Shown piece after piece: positions 36,433-46,521 of a stretch of 64,000 nt of DNA. The notes beneath the pieces were generated by a model. It saw nothing but the letters and a program-made list of their open reading frames with translations, was not told the DNA's origin and did no database searches. Positions within the stretch are counted from its first letter, which is position 1; each line of letters begins with the position of its first letter. Made by a program: the position numbers and the translations under genes. Source of the DNA: a virus (lineage: Duplodnaviria; Caudoviricetes); the IMG/VR virus record IMGVR_UViG_3300020477_000013, positions 128,001-192,000 of that record. One strand, written 5' to 3'.

Positions 36433-37899
36433 ATGGGAAAGCTTAAGCAACTAAGAGGCAATTTGATTAGGGATTCCCTATCATCTGGAGCGAATAATGC
36501 ATACCAGCTAGATACCGGCGCTATCTCTGTACAGACAGGAGAACATACAGGCAGGTCGCCTGATGCAAAGTGTATAGTAAGGGATTCTAATACTGAGGGT
36601 GTCGTTGATTGGGAGAATAACCAGGCGTGTACACCATCTGAGTTTCTATCTTTACGCGATAAGATGCTGGCCTATTCTGGGACCATTCACACATATAAGC
36701 AGGCCTTGTTTGCGGGCCGAGATGAAGACTACCAGATAGGTATTTCTGTTAATACTTCAACTGCATGGCAAGCATTATTTGCGAATAATATGTTTGTGAG
36801 ATGCAGGGAAAAAACAACCCCCCCTCAGGTCAGGTGGGAGATTTTTTGCTTTCCTGAATTCCAAGAAGAAGCTAGGGTGATGATAAGTTTTACACATCGC
36901 CAAATTCTCCTAACAGGTACCCATTATGCAGGGGAAATTAAGAAAAGTATTTTTACGGTTTTAAATTATATCCTCCCTGGGTTGAACGTCCTCCCGATGC
37001 ATTGCTCAGTCAATGCTGGTTCTGACCTCAAGAATTCTGCTGTATTTTTCGGCCTTTCGGGGACCGGAAAAACTACGTTGTCTGCATCTCCAGGTCGTGT
37101 TTTGATCGGCGACGATGAGCATGGCTGGTCACCTGACGGGCTTTTTAATTTTGAGGGTGGCTGTTATGCAAAAGTCATAAATTTATCAAGAGAGTCTGAG
37201 CCAGAGATTTGGGATGCTGTTAATCGAGAAGGCGCAATTCTCGAGAATGTTGTTGCCGATGAGTCAGGTGTACCAGATTTTTCCAGGAGTGACCTAACAG
37301 AAAATACGAGAGGCTCTTACCCTATTTCACATATTGATAATGCATCGCTAGAAGGTACAGCACCTCACCCTCAAAATATTATTTTTCTTACGTGTGATGC
37401 TTTTGGTGTGTTACCTCCTGTATCTAGATTGAGTAAAGAAGAAGCAGTTGAACATTTCTTGCTGGGGTATACTGCCAAGGTTGCCGGTACTGAGCGGGGT
37501 ATATCTAGTCCAGTTGCAACGTTTTCACACTGTTTTGGCGCACCATTTATGCCTCACAAGCCGTCGGTATACGCAGATATTTTACGAGATAAAATTAGCG
37601 ATCATGATGTTGACTGTTGGCTTGTCAATACGGGGTGGGTAGCAGGAAACTATAACGACGGTCATAGGATTCCTCTGGGCGTTTCCAGAAAGATTGTCGA
37701 CATGATACTTGCCGGTACTTTAGCTAATGAACAATTTTGCAAACATGAATATACTGGATTATCGATTCCATCTGGCACTAAAGAAATACTGGGCTGTAAG
37801 CTTCAGCCTGAACTAAATTGGAAAGATGAATCTAAATATCAACGTGAGGTTATTTCACTAATGGAGAAATGGTCAAGCGTTCTACAAAAACTGCGTTAG
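36433..37899 (+). CDS. pckA: Phosphoenolpyruvate carboxykinase (ATP)
   Basis: TGRSP, YAGEIKKS, MHCS, FFGLSGTGKTTLS, IGDDEHGW, NFEGGCYAK. Confidence 0.96.
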   Translation: MGKLKQLRGNLIRDSLSSGANNAYQLDTGAISVQTGEHTGRSPDAKCIVRDSNTEGVVDWENNQACTPSEFLSLRDKMLAYSGTIHTYKQALFAGRDEDYQIGISVNTSTAWQALFANNMFVRCREKTTPPQVRWEIFCFPEFQEEARVMISFTHRQILLTGTHYAGEIKKSIFTVLNYILPGLNVLPMHCSVNAGSDLKNSAVFFGLSGTGKTTLSASPGRVLIGDDEHGWSPDGLFNFEGGCYAKVINLSRESEPEIWDAVNREGAILENVVADESGVPDFSRSDLTENTRGSYPISHIDNASLEGTAPHPQNIIFLTCDAFGVLPPVSRLSKEEAVEHFLLGYTAKVAGTERGISSPVATFSHCFGAPFMPHKPSVYADILRDKISDHDVDCWLVNTGWVAGNYNDGHRIPLGVSRKIVDMILAGTLANEQFCKHEYTGLSIPSGTKEILGCKLQPELNWKDESKYQREVISLMEKWSSVLQKLR

Positions 37900-37917
37900 T
37901 ATTTTTAGGGACAAATA

Positions 37918-38433
37918 ATGGGTGATGTCAAGGTAGGGGATAACGTTAACATCGGTGAGAATGTAGCTATTGCAAAATCGCCGTATGAGAATGATTCTCC
38001 GAATACAATCATTGGATTTACATGCGGCGCGTTCGATCTCTTACATGCAGGGCATGCATTAATGCTTGAAGAAGCGAGAAGTAAATGTGACTACTTAATA
38101 GTAGGTGTACAGTCTGATCCAACTCTTGACCGACCAGAAAAAAACCAGCCAGTGCAGAGTTACGACGAGAGAATAACCATGGTTAGGTCTATAAGATATG
38201 TAGATGAGGTTGTCTTATACGATACTGAAAATGATTTAATCGACGTACTTCAGAAATTAATGCCTGACGTAAGGATAGTAGGTGCTGACTGGGAAGGTAA
38301 AGAATTTACCGGTAGTGATTTACCTATCGATGTATATTTTAACTCTAGGGACCATGGGTGGTCGACAAGCGATTTAAGGCGAAGGGTATACAATGCAGAG
38401 AAGTCTAATGTTAGCAGGGGATCTATAAGTTGA
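37918..38433 (+). CDS. Cytidylyltransferase family (TagD-like)
   Basis: GFTCGAFDLLHAGH, LIVGVQSD, ERITMVRSIRYVDEV. Confidence 0.85.
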   Translation: MGDVKVGDNVNIGENVAIAKSPYENDSPNTIIGFTCGAFDLLHAGHALMLEEARSKCDYLIVGVQSDPTLDRPEKNQPVQSYDERITMVRSIRYVDEVVLYDTENDLIDVLQKLMPDVRIVGADWEGKEFTGSDLPIDVYFNSRDHGWSTSDLRRRVYNAEKSNVSRGSIS

Positions 38434-38705
38434 ATGTTGACCTAGGTTCTTCAAGTTGGCATAATTTTTCTACACCTTCAAAGCCTCTGGGGGTTAGGGA
38501 GTCGCAACAGTCTGGTGAGAGTTTTACTGGGAATGCGTATCTCAACTCGCGTAGGGAAAAGAAGGCCTCCCGGAATGCCAAGAAGAAATATGCCCCGGCG
38601 GTGATATGCAATATTTCTGGCATCCACCCGGATTCCCTAAAGAGGTCTGTGTTAACATATAATAGATTCGGGGGGCTGTGTTATACGTATGATATCATTA
38701 AATGA
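38430..38705 (+). CDS. Hypothetical protein
   Basis: Fills a gap; start uncertain. Confidence 0.35.
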   Translation: MNVDLGSSSWHNFSTPSKPLGVRESQQSGESFTGNAYLNSRREKKASRNAKKKYAPAVICNISGIHPDSLKRSVLTYNRFGGLCYTYDIIK

Positions 38706-39558
38706 TAGATTTAGCTATGTTGGTAATACACCACTCATGCGATTGGGCGAAAATCTTTGGGCAAAACTTGAAACCTTTAGTCTAACCGGGTCCGTTAAAG
38801 ACAGGCTAATTAGCTTTATTCTTGCCCGTGCTATTTCTAGGGGTGATATTGATGAGAATTCTGTACTCGTTGAAGCCACATCGGGGAACACCGGTATATC
38901 GCTAGCTGCGCACGGAGCCAAGCTCGGCCTTAAAGTTAAGATCATTATGCCTAAAAATATGAGTGCTGAACGTAAGCAAATGATGAGTATCTACGGGGCA
39001 GAGATAATAGAGGTGGGGGATAGCGATTTTGAAGGTGCAATTGTTGCCCGTAATAATCTCGTGGCCTCGAATACTAGGTACTGGTCACCAAATCAATTTG
39101 AGAATTTAGACAACATACTGTGCCATCGTCTAACTACTGCACCTGAAATTTCATCTCAATTACCTCCAGGCGTTAAATGGGAAGCATTTGTTTCGGGCGC
39201 TGGAACGGGAGGTACGATTATGGGTGTACAGCAATATGTTAATGCGGTAGGATCATTAGACACTAAGGTAATAATGGTTATGCCTGCTGAGGACTCAAAA
39301 AAACATGGCATCCAAGGAATTAATGATGGGGCTGATTTTTTGGTAGATCATACATGCATTGATGAATCGATTAGTATTAAGACTACCGATGCAAAGAACA
39401 GGGCGCGCCGACTAGCCAGTGAGAATGGCTTGTTAGTAGGGATTAGCGCCGGTGCGAATGTTTTAGCTGCTGAAATGTGGATCCGAAAAAATAAGCCAAA
39501 AGGTGCAGTGGTTACAATATTATGTGATCGTGGCGAGAGATACCTTAGTATTCTATAG
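38689..39558 (+). CDS. cysK: PLP-dependent cysteine synthase family
   Basis: VGNTPL, TGSVKDR, EATSGNTG, GAGTGGT, IQGI, CDRGERYLS; CysK versus CysM not resolved. Confidence 0.85.
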   Translation: MISLNDRFSYVGNTPLMRLGENLWAKLETFSLTGSVKDRLISFILARAISRGDIDENSVLVEATSGNTGISLAAHGAKLGLKVKIIMPKNMSAERKQMMSIYGAEIIEVGDSDFEGAIVARNNLVASNTRYWSPNQFENLDNILCHRLTTAPEISSQLPPGVKWEAFVSGAGTGGTIMGVQQYVNAVGSLDTKVIMVMPAEDSKKHGIQGINDGADFLVDHTCIDESISIKTTDAKNRARRLASENGLLVGISAGANVLAAEMWIRKNKPKGAVVTILCDRGERYLSIL

Positions 39559-39580
39559 GTTGCTGCATATATAGATTATA

Positions 39581-39775
39581 ATGAAGTTGACCATAACAGA
39601 GCTTAGGGCGTTGATTAGAGAGTCATTTATCTCTATAATTAATGAGGGCCTCCCTTATCCGGATAAAGGAGCACCTGATATTAATATCCCTGACCCTGAC
39701 CCAGATGTCGGAGATGCTGAAGATCTTCCAGGCGAAGGTGATGTCAATAGGCTCATCGCAACGGTTTATCCCTAA
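39581..39775 (+). CDS. Leader-family protein (outlier)
   Basis: MKLTITELRALIRESFISIINE. Confidence 0.65.
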   Translation: MKLTITELRALIRESFISIINEGLPYPDKGAPDINIPDPDPDVGDAEDLPGEGDVNRLIATVYP

Positions 39776-40498
39776 TTATTTTATCCCTTGAGCCTTAGGG
39801 TACCTTTTTGTGGCGTATGAGAGATACTCTTTTCTAATCATAGACATTAAGCTATGGAGTTCTTCTTCATCATAGCCTTCCCTTAATCCTCTCTCATAAA
39901 TGAAAGTTAGTTCTTCATCTATAATTTTACCTAGGGGAAGCCGATTTCTTTTTGCTCGTTTCATAAATCCAGCTATATGGCCTGCGATCTCCCCGGGACA
40001 CATATAGTATGATGCAGCGTTAGATAAAGACGCCCAAATATCTTCTTCTCCGGATAGGTGTTTAGAGCAGTCCATTAATTCTGATGTCTCTTGTCCAGAG
40101 TGCTCTAGTTCATGCCGAAGTGCATCAGTTAATTCTTCATCAATGAACCCCAGCATGCTATCTTTAAAGTCTCGTGGTAGCCTGAGAAAAACCCTAATAT
40201 CAGAATTTTTTCTTTGCTTTTCTGTTGCATCAATGTCGAATTCATAAGCTGCTGAGGCGCTTGGCGTACCTTCGCTAATATCGATTATCACATATCGTAA
40301 ATACTCGATATCGTCAAGCTCGGGGACATCCTGGAGCATAAAGCTCACGTTTCCGATTTCCATAAAGTGTTCACGTACTTCAGGATCTTTTATCGCTTTC
40401 ATAACATGGCGCTTGATTGTTGTTGTGTACCTATCAAGCTTTCTACCCGTTATAATAGCTTCTGATATAACAAGGCGTAAGAGTTTTAATCCTTTCAT
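39776..40498 (-). CDS. Hypothetical protein with HExxH motif and divergent leader
   Basis: MKGLKLLRLVISEAII; ALRHELEH. Confidence 0.65.
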   Translation of the reverse strand: MKGLKLLRLVISEAIITGRKLDRYTTTIKRHVMKAIKDPEVREHFMEIGNVSFMLQDVPELDDIEYLRYVIIDISEGTPSASAAYEFDIDATEKQRKNSDIRVFLRLPRDFKDSMLGFIDEELTDALRHELEHSGQETSELMDCSKHLSGEEDIWASLSNAASYYMCPGEIAGHIAGFMKRAKRNRLPLGKIIDEELTFIYERGLREGYDEEELHSLMSMIRKEYLSYATKRYPKAQGIK

Positions 40499-40520
40499 GT
40501 TTTTAAATATATGTTGTGTT

Positions 40521-40549
40521 GTGCAAAATGGCTCTTCTTAGAATATAAT
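40521..40549 (+). promoter_or_regulatory. Promoter GTGCAAA-N16-TATAAT
   Basis: Match to the recurrent motif. Confidence 0.7.
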
Positions 40550-40575
40550 ATGAATATAAGGCAAAGGAAAACTTT

Positions 40576-41025
40576 ATGGCAAGCATTTCCAAGAAAACAC
40601 TTGCGGCGGCAAAAGCCAATATTAGAGAAAAAACGCCTGATGTGTGTGAAGACGAACGTGTTAACAATACACGTGCACGTAAGAAAGATATGCAAAATGC
40701 TAGGGCTGCTGCACGCGCTATGAGGCCCGACCGGTCTTTCTCTAGAAAGGTAGTAACCGGCCCAAATTCTTTAAAGCGGCGCCGGCCTAAGACTAGCTTT
40801 AATTACTCTGAGGGCTCTCTTGTTGAGGTTCGAAAGTCATTTTCGAATTACAATACGCAATACATTTCCGTAGATAAAGGTACCATTGCTATGGTTGTCA
40901 ATGGTCCATATGAGACAGGACATTCTACATATGGGGTAGACATTCTCATTGGTGGAATGATGGTTAAAAATGTTAATCCCAAGTATCTCATAATGCATAT
41001 GGCACCGGGGAGAGATCATGAATAA
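40576..41025 (+). CDS. Hypothetical protein, C-terminal SH3-like
   Basis: ORF after promoter; AAGGA RBS. Confidence 0.6.
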   Translation: MASISKKTLAAAKANIREKTPDVCEDERVNNTRARKKDMQNARAAARAMRPDRSFSRKVVTGPNSLKRRRPKTSFNYSEGSLVEVRKSFSNYNTQYISVDKGTIAMVVNGPYETGHSTYGVDILIGGMMVKNVNPKYLIMHMAPGRDHE

Positions 41026-41299
41026 AGACTTTAATACCAGGTCGGCAGTTGAACCTCTGCTACTGGAAGGGTATGCTTTGAAAGAGAAGTGTGGACGTAC
41101 ATCATTGTGTATCGGCTCAAGGCTAAAAAGCTTGCGTGCACCCCAGGTTTCTAATGAGAAATATGCTCGTCTAGACGCACCCAGCATTCCTGTATACGAA
41201 TACAAGATGTTTGATGAGGGAATGATATCATATATAGATTCAGATGACGTTGTTGAGATGTTATCAGGGGGCGCTAGAATTGTCATCACGGAAATCTAG
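41018..41299 (+). CDS. Hypothetical protein
   Basis: ORF track. Confidence 0.5.
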   Translation: MNKDFNTRSAVEPLLLEGYALKEKCGRTSLCIGSRLKSLRAPQVSNEKYARLDAPSIPVYEYKMFDEGMISYIDSDDVVEMLSGGARIVITEI

Positions 41300-41583
41300 T
41301 AAAAGAAGGCAAGCTGGTCACAAGTCGCAAAAAGACCTTCCTCCTAAATTTAAGTTGGGTCATAGGATTGCACTTGATACACCGGCCGGTGATGTGATAG
41401 GTGAGATAAAAGAATGTGATTTAACTCATGCGGTAATGGTTAGCGATTTAGACAACACGATACGTTATCGGCTGCCTCATGAAATGATTAAGCGAGGAAA
41501 GGTTAGATTTTTATAGCATGTGAGATGCGAATATCTAGTTAGGAGATTAGTTATAAAATAGGGATTTAGTAATTCTGTTTTTT

Positions 41584-41925
41584 ATGTCACTTACTATTAA
41601 AAATTTTATCTCAGAAAGATATGAATATGCTACTTTTTACTTTTTGCTATTTTTCATTGTCGCTGCAAATGCTTTCGATGCACTGTGTACGATAAGCTGG
41701 ATTGAGTCCGGCCTAGCCGTCGAGGCGAATCCTCTTATGGCATATCTTTTAGAGCGTGGGCATAACTTATTTTTTGTTGTAAAGATGTCTGTCGTTTGTG
41801 TAGCTACATGGATTCTTTATTTGAGGCGGCACTTTAGGCTAACCCGGATTCTGGTCGTACCGGTTTCATTGGTTTACGCAGTTGTGTTAATGATTCACTT
41901 AAGTATGATAGGCTTACCAGGCTAG
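41584..41925 (+). CDS. DUF5658-like membrane protein
   Basis: NAFDALCT...EANPLMAYLL. Confidence 0.65.
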   Translation: MSLTIKNFISERYEYATFYFLLFFIVAANAFDALCTISWIESGLAVEANPLMAYLLERGHNLFFVVKMSVVCVATWILYLRRHFRLTRILVVPVSLVYAVVLMIHLSMIGLPG

Positions 41926-41939
41926 GAGAAAATTAATTT

Positions 41940-42164
41940 ATGGTGACATGGATTATTATTGCTATCGCTTTTTCGATTCTACTTCACAGTATATACCACT
42001 CTTACAGGCGCGCGAAGTATGAGTCTGACATCACTTCTTATCTTGAGGAATGCCGCCGGCGAAGAATCGATGCCTTATACGGTCGGCTTTCTATTGCGGA
42101 CGACAGGGATGCGGTTTACCAGGTGGTAGAAAATGAAGATGAAAAGCCTAACGGGGAGTTTTGA
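41940..42164 (+). CDS. Small membrane-anchored protein
   Basis: AGGAGA RBS; N-terminal TM. Confidence 0.55.
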   Translation: MVTWIIIAIAFSILLHSIYHSYRRAKYESDITSYLEECRRRRIDALYGRLSIADDRDAVYQVVENEDEKPNGEF

Positions 42165-42339
42165 TTTGTGCACCCGCGATTGCCTACTGGATTATGATAT
42201 CATGACCTGCATGGGTTGTGGAAGAACGCTGGACGAAATCAGTAACTGGTTTTTCATGTCAGCTCAAGAAAAGTATGCAGTCGCTCAGAGAATTGATAGG
42301 GCCAAGTCATGTGGCGATAACAAGAAAGGGGGTAAGTAA
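42133..42339 (+). CDS. DUF1289-like Cys-motif protein
   Basis: CxxxC...CMGCGRTLDEISNW. Confidence 0.7.
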   Translation: MKMKSLTGSFDLCTRDCLLDYDIMTCMGCGRTLDEISNWFFMSAQEKYAVAQRIDRAKSCGDNKKGGK

Positions 42340-42341
42340 GT

Positions 42342-42590
42342 ATGGAAGCCCCAGGTGTCGAAAATAACCTCAGTCATATCATAAGAGATATCGACGATTC
42401 TTTAAAGAAGTTTTCCGAAGTGTACATGACCATTAATAGTTCAATACAGTCTGCAGGTGACCTAGATGTTGACAAGGCTTTTATCATAAGGGCTGAAATG
42501 ATGCTAGGTCGTATGCATTCGCTTAGGGAAGATATACAGAAGGTTAGAGATGGCCTTAGGGAGATATCTACTTCTGCTAGTGCAATTTGA
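42342..42590 (+). CDS. Hypothetical protein
   Basis: ORF track. Confidence 0.5.
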   Translation: MEAPGVENNLSHIIRDIDDSLKKFSEVYMTINSSIQSAGDLDVDKAFIIRAEMMLGRMHSLREDIQKVRDGLREISTSASAI

Positions 42591-42702
42591 AATAACGCAT
42601 GGTATAATATAAATGTGGTAAGGGGATTACCACACAGGAGATATCATGATTAGGTTTTTAACAGATTGTGTTTGTGCTTTTTTCTTGGGCCAACTAGCCG
42701 CC

Positions 42703-43437
42703 TTAGGCTTTGTCGTCGGTTCTTGTTTGGGTATCGCGCTTCTGTTGGCTATGGTGTTTTAGCTCTTTGCGCCTTGCAAACCTGGTTAACAATCTTCTGG
42801 TTAGTGCACTCGGTTTCTCCCATGCCCTATGCGAAGTGGGGAGTGTAGCACAGTAATTCATGAATCTAATGAAGCTAAAAAATTCAGGCCGTAAGTAAGA
42901 AGGAATATCACGGTCTTTTTCGTATTGTAGCCTTTGGGCTTTATCAATCCACCCATTTTTTTCTATGAATTTTTTTCTATATTCACTGTGTTCAGGGATG
43001 ATGAGCTCAGCTAGCTTTCTTCTCTTCTTTGCCCATGGTGAATTTTCATATTCAATACGCTCCATGTAGCTGCGAAATTTTTCCAATCCTTTATCATGGG
43101 TTTGTAGGAGTTGTAGATCGTATGACGGAAACACTTGGTGGTGCACTAGATTGAGGTGTCGGCATATGCTAATTGCTTTTGCCCCAAGGCCAGACCCTAT
43201 GTGAAAATGATCCATGCCTATGTGATTGAGGATGATCATCGTTCGCAATATTGGGTTTCCGAATTTCGCCCCCGCATATCTTTCTGAATCATCAATATCA
43301 GGTATGATAACATAGGGGGCCATTTCGAAATTCCCCTGGATTAACTGCCACTTATTCGGAACGGTTTTAATGAGGCCGGCATCAATGAATACCTGTAGTC
43401 TGTCTTCAAGCATCACTTTAAATGCATCGGTACCCAT
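42703..43437 (-). CDS. Hypothetical protein
   Basis: 244-aa minus-strand ORF in an otherwise empty interval. Confidence 0.65.
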   Translation of the reverse strand: MGTDAFKVMLEDRLQVFIDAGLIKTVPNKWQLIQGNFEMAPYVIIPDIDDSERYAGAKFGNPILRTMIILNHIGMDHFHIGSGLGAKAISICRHLNLVHHQVFPSYDLQLLQTHDKGLEKFRSYMERIEYENSPWAKKRRKLAELIIPEHSEYRKKFIEKNGWIDKAQRLQYEKDRDIPSYLRPEFFSFIRFMNYCATLPTSHRAWEKPSALTRRLLTRFARRKELKHHSQQKRDTQTRTDDKA

Positions 43438-43518
43438 TCCACTATTCCTTAAGAAAGATCGAAGGCGCTACCCTTCTTATTAATAGATATGGGATATCAA
43501 AATAAATGTATACAGCAC

Positions 43519-43547
43519 GTGTAAAAAACTGTGATTTATAATATGAT
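43519..43547 (+). promoter_or_regulatory. Promoter GTGTAAA-N16-TATGAT (before tRNA-Leu)
   Basis: Match to the recurrent motif. Confidence 0.6.
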
Positions 43548-43566
43548 TGCTATGTAAAGATAATAT

Positions 43567-43653
43567 GGCACCGTGGCGGAATTGGTATACGCATCAGACT
43601 TAAAATCTGACGCCCGTACGGGATTGAGGGTTCGAGTCCCTCCGGTGCTACCA
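43567..43653 (+). tRNA. tRNA-Leu (anticodon UAA)
   Basis: TCAGA-CTTAAAA-TCTGA; long variable arm; GGTTCGAGTCC; CCA. Confidence 0.96.
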
Positions 43654-43692
43654 CACATGTTACAGACTTGGTCGGTAAATTTTTGAGAGAAA

Positions 43693-44316
43693 ATGATTAT
43701 ATTTAGATACGAGGGTATACCAGTACGTCTTCATTTTAGTTTCTGGATTTTAGTTGCTTTTTTAGTACTTCCCGAGATGGTCACTGGAAGTATGGGAAGT
43801 GCTTTTTTATTGGTGCTAATGCTTACTGGGCTTTTCGGCTCTGTCGTTCTTCATGAGTTTGGGCATGCCTTGATGGCCAGAAGGTTTGGTATTGACACAA
43901 CTTCAATTACATTATACCCCTTTGGGGGTATTGCTGCTCTTAAGAGTGAGCCCCAGACGAGTAGGTCAGAATTTTATATAGCAGTCGCCGGTCCGGCTGT
44001 TAACATCGTTTTGTGCGTTATGCTTTTTCCATTTTATATGATAGACATGCCTTTAGCTGCGGAGCTAATTACTGTTAATCTAGTTTTGGGTATTTTTAAT
44101 CTAATTCCCGCTTTTCCGATGGACGGGGGCAGAATATTGAGGGCATATTTGTCACAAAAAATGTCACGTAAGGGTGCAACGATCATTTCTTTAAGGGTCT
44201 CTAGGGTATTTGCATGGGTGTTTATTGCCCTCGGTTTGGTCACCAGTGGCGTTAACCTAGTGTTGATTGGGGGATTCTTGCTTCTATTCATTAGCCAAAT
44301 AGAGCGTCAGGTTTAG
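43693..44316 (+). CDS. Site-2 (M50) intramembrane metalloprotease
   Basis: LHEFGHA, AGPAVN, FNLIPAFPMDGGRIL. Confidence 0.92.
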   Translation: MIIFRYEGIPVRLHFSFWILVAFLVLPEMVTGSMGSAFLLVLMLTGLFGSVVLHEFGHALMARRFGIDTTSITLYPFGGIAALKSEPQTSRSEFYIAVAGPAVNIVLCVMLFPFYMIDMPLAAELITVNLVLGIFNLIPAFPMDGGRILRAYLSQKMSRKGATIISLRVSRVFAWVFIALGLVTSGVNLVLIGGFLLLFISQIERQV

Positions 44317-44391
44317 GTTAACCAAAGGCATATGCCCTAAACATGTTTACAATATTGTAATCATGATGGATATTATGTGTTCTAATAGAGA

Positions 44392-44583
44392 TTGAGGATG
44401 AATTTTATGAGATATGTACTTATGATTATTTTGATGTTTGTTGCACTAACAATGGGTTCGTGCTATGTCCCAATGCCATCAGTTGGTGTTAGGTCGACTC
44501 CCATTAAGCATACTAAGAGGTGTGTACACACTTCAGGCGGCTCAATTAAATGTGAGCATACTCAGACGTACGTTAGGTATTAA
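44392..44583 (+). CDS. Small lipoprotein-like protein
   Basis: Hydrophobic N-terminus then GSC. Confidence 0.45.
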   Translation: MRMNFMRYVLMIILMFVALTMGSCYVPMPSVGVRSTPIKHTKRCVHTSGGSIKCEHTQTYVRY

Positions 44584-44588
44584 TCACA

Positions 44589-44915
44589 ATGCGTATATGG
44601 ACAATATCAACGATAGGGAAATGTGTTCTCTTAGCATTGTTTTATTTATCTTTGTCTTCATGTATAGATGTCAGTATAGATCCGCTAGACCCCCTAGGGC
44701 ACCCACCACATGATGGAATGTACATATCCCTTTATGCGGATGCCCACTATACACACCCCCAGTGTTATGCCGACATTGTTTTTGAGTATGATCATCCTAT
44801 AGATTGTGATGATGAATGTTGCTATTGGGAAGATGGGTATTGTGAGTTACTATATTGCACCGATGATGTCTTGGATTGCGATTGGAAGTTAGTATCGGAT
44901 TCATGCGTGACTTAA
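44589..44915 (+). CDS. Cys-rich lipoprotein-like protein
   Basis: LSSC lipobox; CDDECCYWEDGYC. Confidence 0.5.
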   Translation: MRIWTISTIGKCVLLALFYLSLSSCIDVSIDPLDPLGHPPHDGMYISLYADAHYTHPQCYADIVFEYDHPIDCDDECCYWEDGYCELLYCTDDVLDCDWKLVSDSCVT

Positions 44916-45042
44916 TAACCCCATGGGAAGGGGCAAAGTGAGTTATGCGGTTTTGCGTGTGTAGTCCCGTTATAAGAACACTAGTGTTCTTCTTCCGTGC
45001 CTCTCATCCGCGTTTCGCAAATCGAGGGATATAGTTATATGT

Positions 45043-45678
45043 ATGCAAGGAGAAGAACCAGAGACAGGCTTTCAAGAGCTGCTAGTGCTTGCCGACGTCG
45101 CCCGTCTCGAGTTCGAACAGTTTAGTGAGAGAGACAAGCTTTATCGACGTGAGTTCAATCGAGAATTTGCGGATGAACTAGCATACCTCGTTTCACAGGA
45201 TGCACTTCCCAAGGAAGAAAAGGGTGCTAAGATTGATGGGGAAGACGAGAGGGAAGCTGTGTCTAAAAAGACCCTCAAGAAAATGCACCGAAAACTAGCA
45301 AGGTTGACCCACCCCGACCTCACGGATGCAGAGGATGACACAGAGTTTAAAAAGATCCAGGAGGCATATGAGGCCGGTGACGTTGCAACGATCGTCGCGG
45401 CCTGCAAGCAACACAATGTCAACGTTGACCTGACCGCCCTAGAGTCTCGCTCTCTCCGAAAACAGATAGAATCAAGGAGACAACATGTTGCTGCTGGAAT
45501 GGCCACCGCTCACTGGATCTGGTGTGAGTCTGACAAGACTGATAGCATCCGACGCCACATGTGGACATACATGAACATTGACCCCGCTGAATATGAAAAG
45601 TGGTTATCTGATAATGACATAGTCGTTCTTAAGGAGCTAAAAGAAGATGAGATTTTGGTCAGTTTTAGTGTGGAATAG
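45043..45678 (+). CDS. Protein with internal J-domain-like segment
   Basis: MHRKLARLTHPD...EFKKIQEAYE. Confidence 0.6.
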   Translation: MQGEEPETGFQELLVLADVARLEFEQFSERDKLYRREFNREFADELAYLVSQDALPKEEKGAKIDGEDEREAVSKKTLKKMHRKLARLTHPDLTDAEDDTEFKKIQEAYEAGDVATIVAACKQHNVNVDLTALESRSLRKQIESRRQHVAAGMATAHWIWCESDKTDSIRRHMWTYMNIDPAEYEKWLSDNDIVVLKELKEDEILVSFSVE

Positions 45679-45879
45679 CGAGACAGAGAGTGAAGAGAGT
45701 TTCCGCGTTGCCGGACCCAGCACGAATACCGCGAAGACAATAAAGGATACATTTCGACAAGTGCATCCAGAGTGGAAGAACATCCGCATGCGACGGGTAA
45801 AGAAGCCGACCTGGTGGAAATATGGCGAGAAGTAGCAATGCTTAAACTTTCGGCAGATCTCGCGTAGGGTTAATCACAT

Positions 45880-46461
45880 ATGGCTGATGGCACACAGGTC
45901 CTGAAAATAATTGATGATATGAACCTAGGCGCGGGTTCTGTCTTTATCGATGCAGGTGCACAGACGGGCCAGGAGCTTCACTACTTGGCCAACACTGATA
46001 TCGAGGTGCACTCTTTTGAGTGTCACCCTGAACACTTTAAGCAACTGAATAAAGTGTACGGAGGCTGTCGTAATATTGAGCTATATCATGCATGTGTGTA
46101 TATTCATGATGAGATGATCCCGGTATACTTTAAGCATGGAGACTCTATGGGTTCAATGTCCCTGTGCGAAGCGAAGATTAACGTGAATGAGAGAGATGGA
46201 ATTATGGTGCGCTCGATTGACATATGCAATTTTGTCTCTAGCCTAGGGAGACATGTCGATGTGCTCAAGTTAGATGTAGAGGGCGCTGAGTTTGATATTA
46301 TAGAAAAGCTCATCACCTCCCACAAGATTAACAACATATCACGCATATACTTCGAGGATCACCTACATAAATTCCACGATCACGCCTGGCACCAGAAGAG
46401 AGAGAAGGTTCTTGAAATGATGACTGCTTTCCCTAATAGTAAATTCGGTGTGTGGTATTAA
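45880..46461 (+). CDS. FkbM-family methyltransferase
   Basis: FIDAGAQTG, VHSFE, VDVLKLDVEGAEF. Confidence 0.85.
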   Translation: MADGTQVLKIIDDMNLGAGSVFIDAGAQTGQELHYLANTDIEVHSFECHPEHFKQLNKVYGGCRNIELYHACVYIHDEMIPVYFKHGDSMGSMSLCEAKINVNERDGIMVRSIDICNFVSSLGRHVDVLKLDVEGAEFDIIEKLITSHKINNISRIYFEDHLHKFHDHAWHQKREKVLEMMTAFPNSKFGVWY

Positions 46462-46485
46462 TTTTTCAATTTTAGTAATTTAATT

Positions 46486-46514
46486 GTGTAAAATGCGCCA
46501 GTATTGGGTAGAAT
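46486..46514 (+). promoter_or_regulatory. Promoter GTGTAAA-N16-TAGAAT
   Basis: Match to the recurrent motif. Confidence 0.65.
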
Positions 46515-46521
46515 AGTACAC

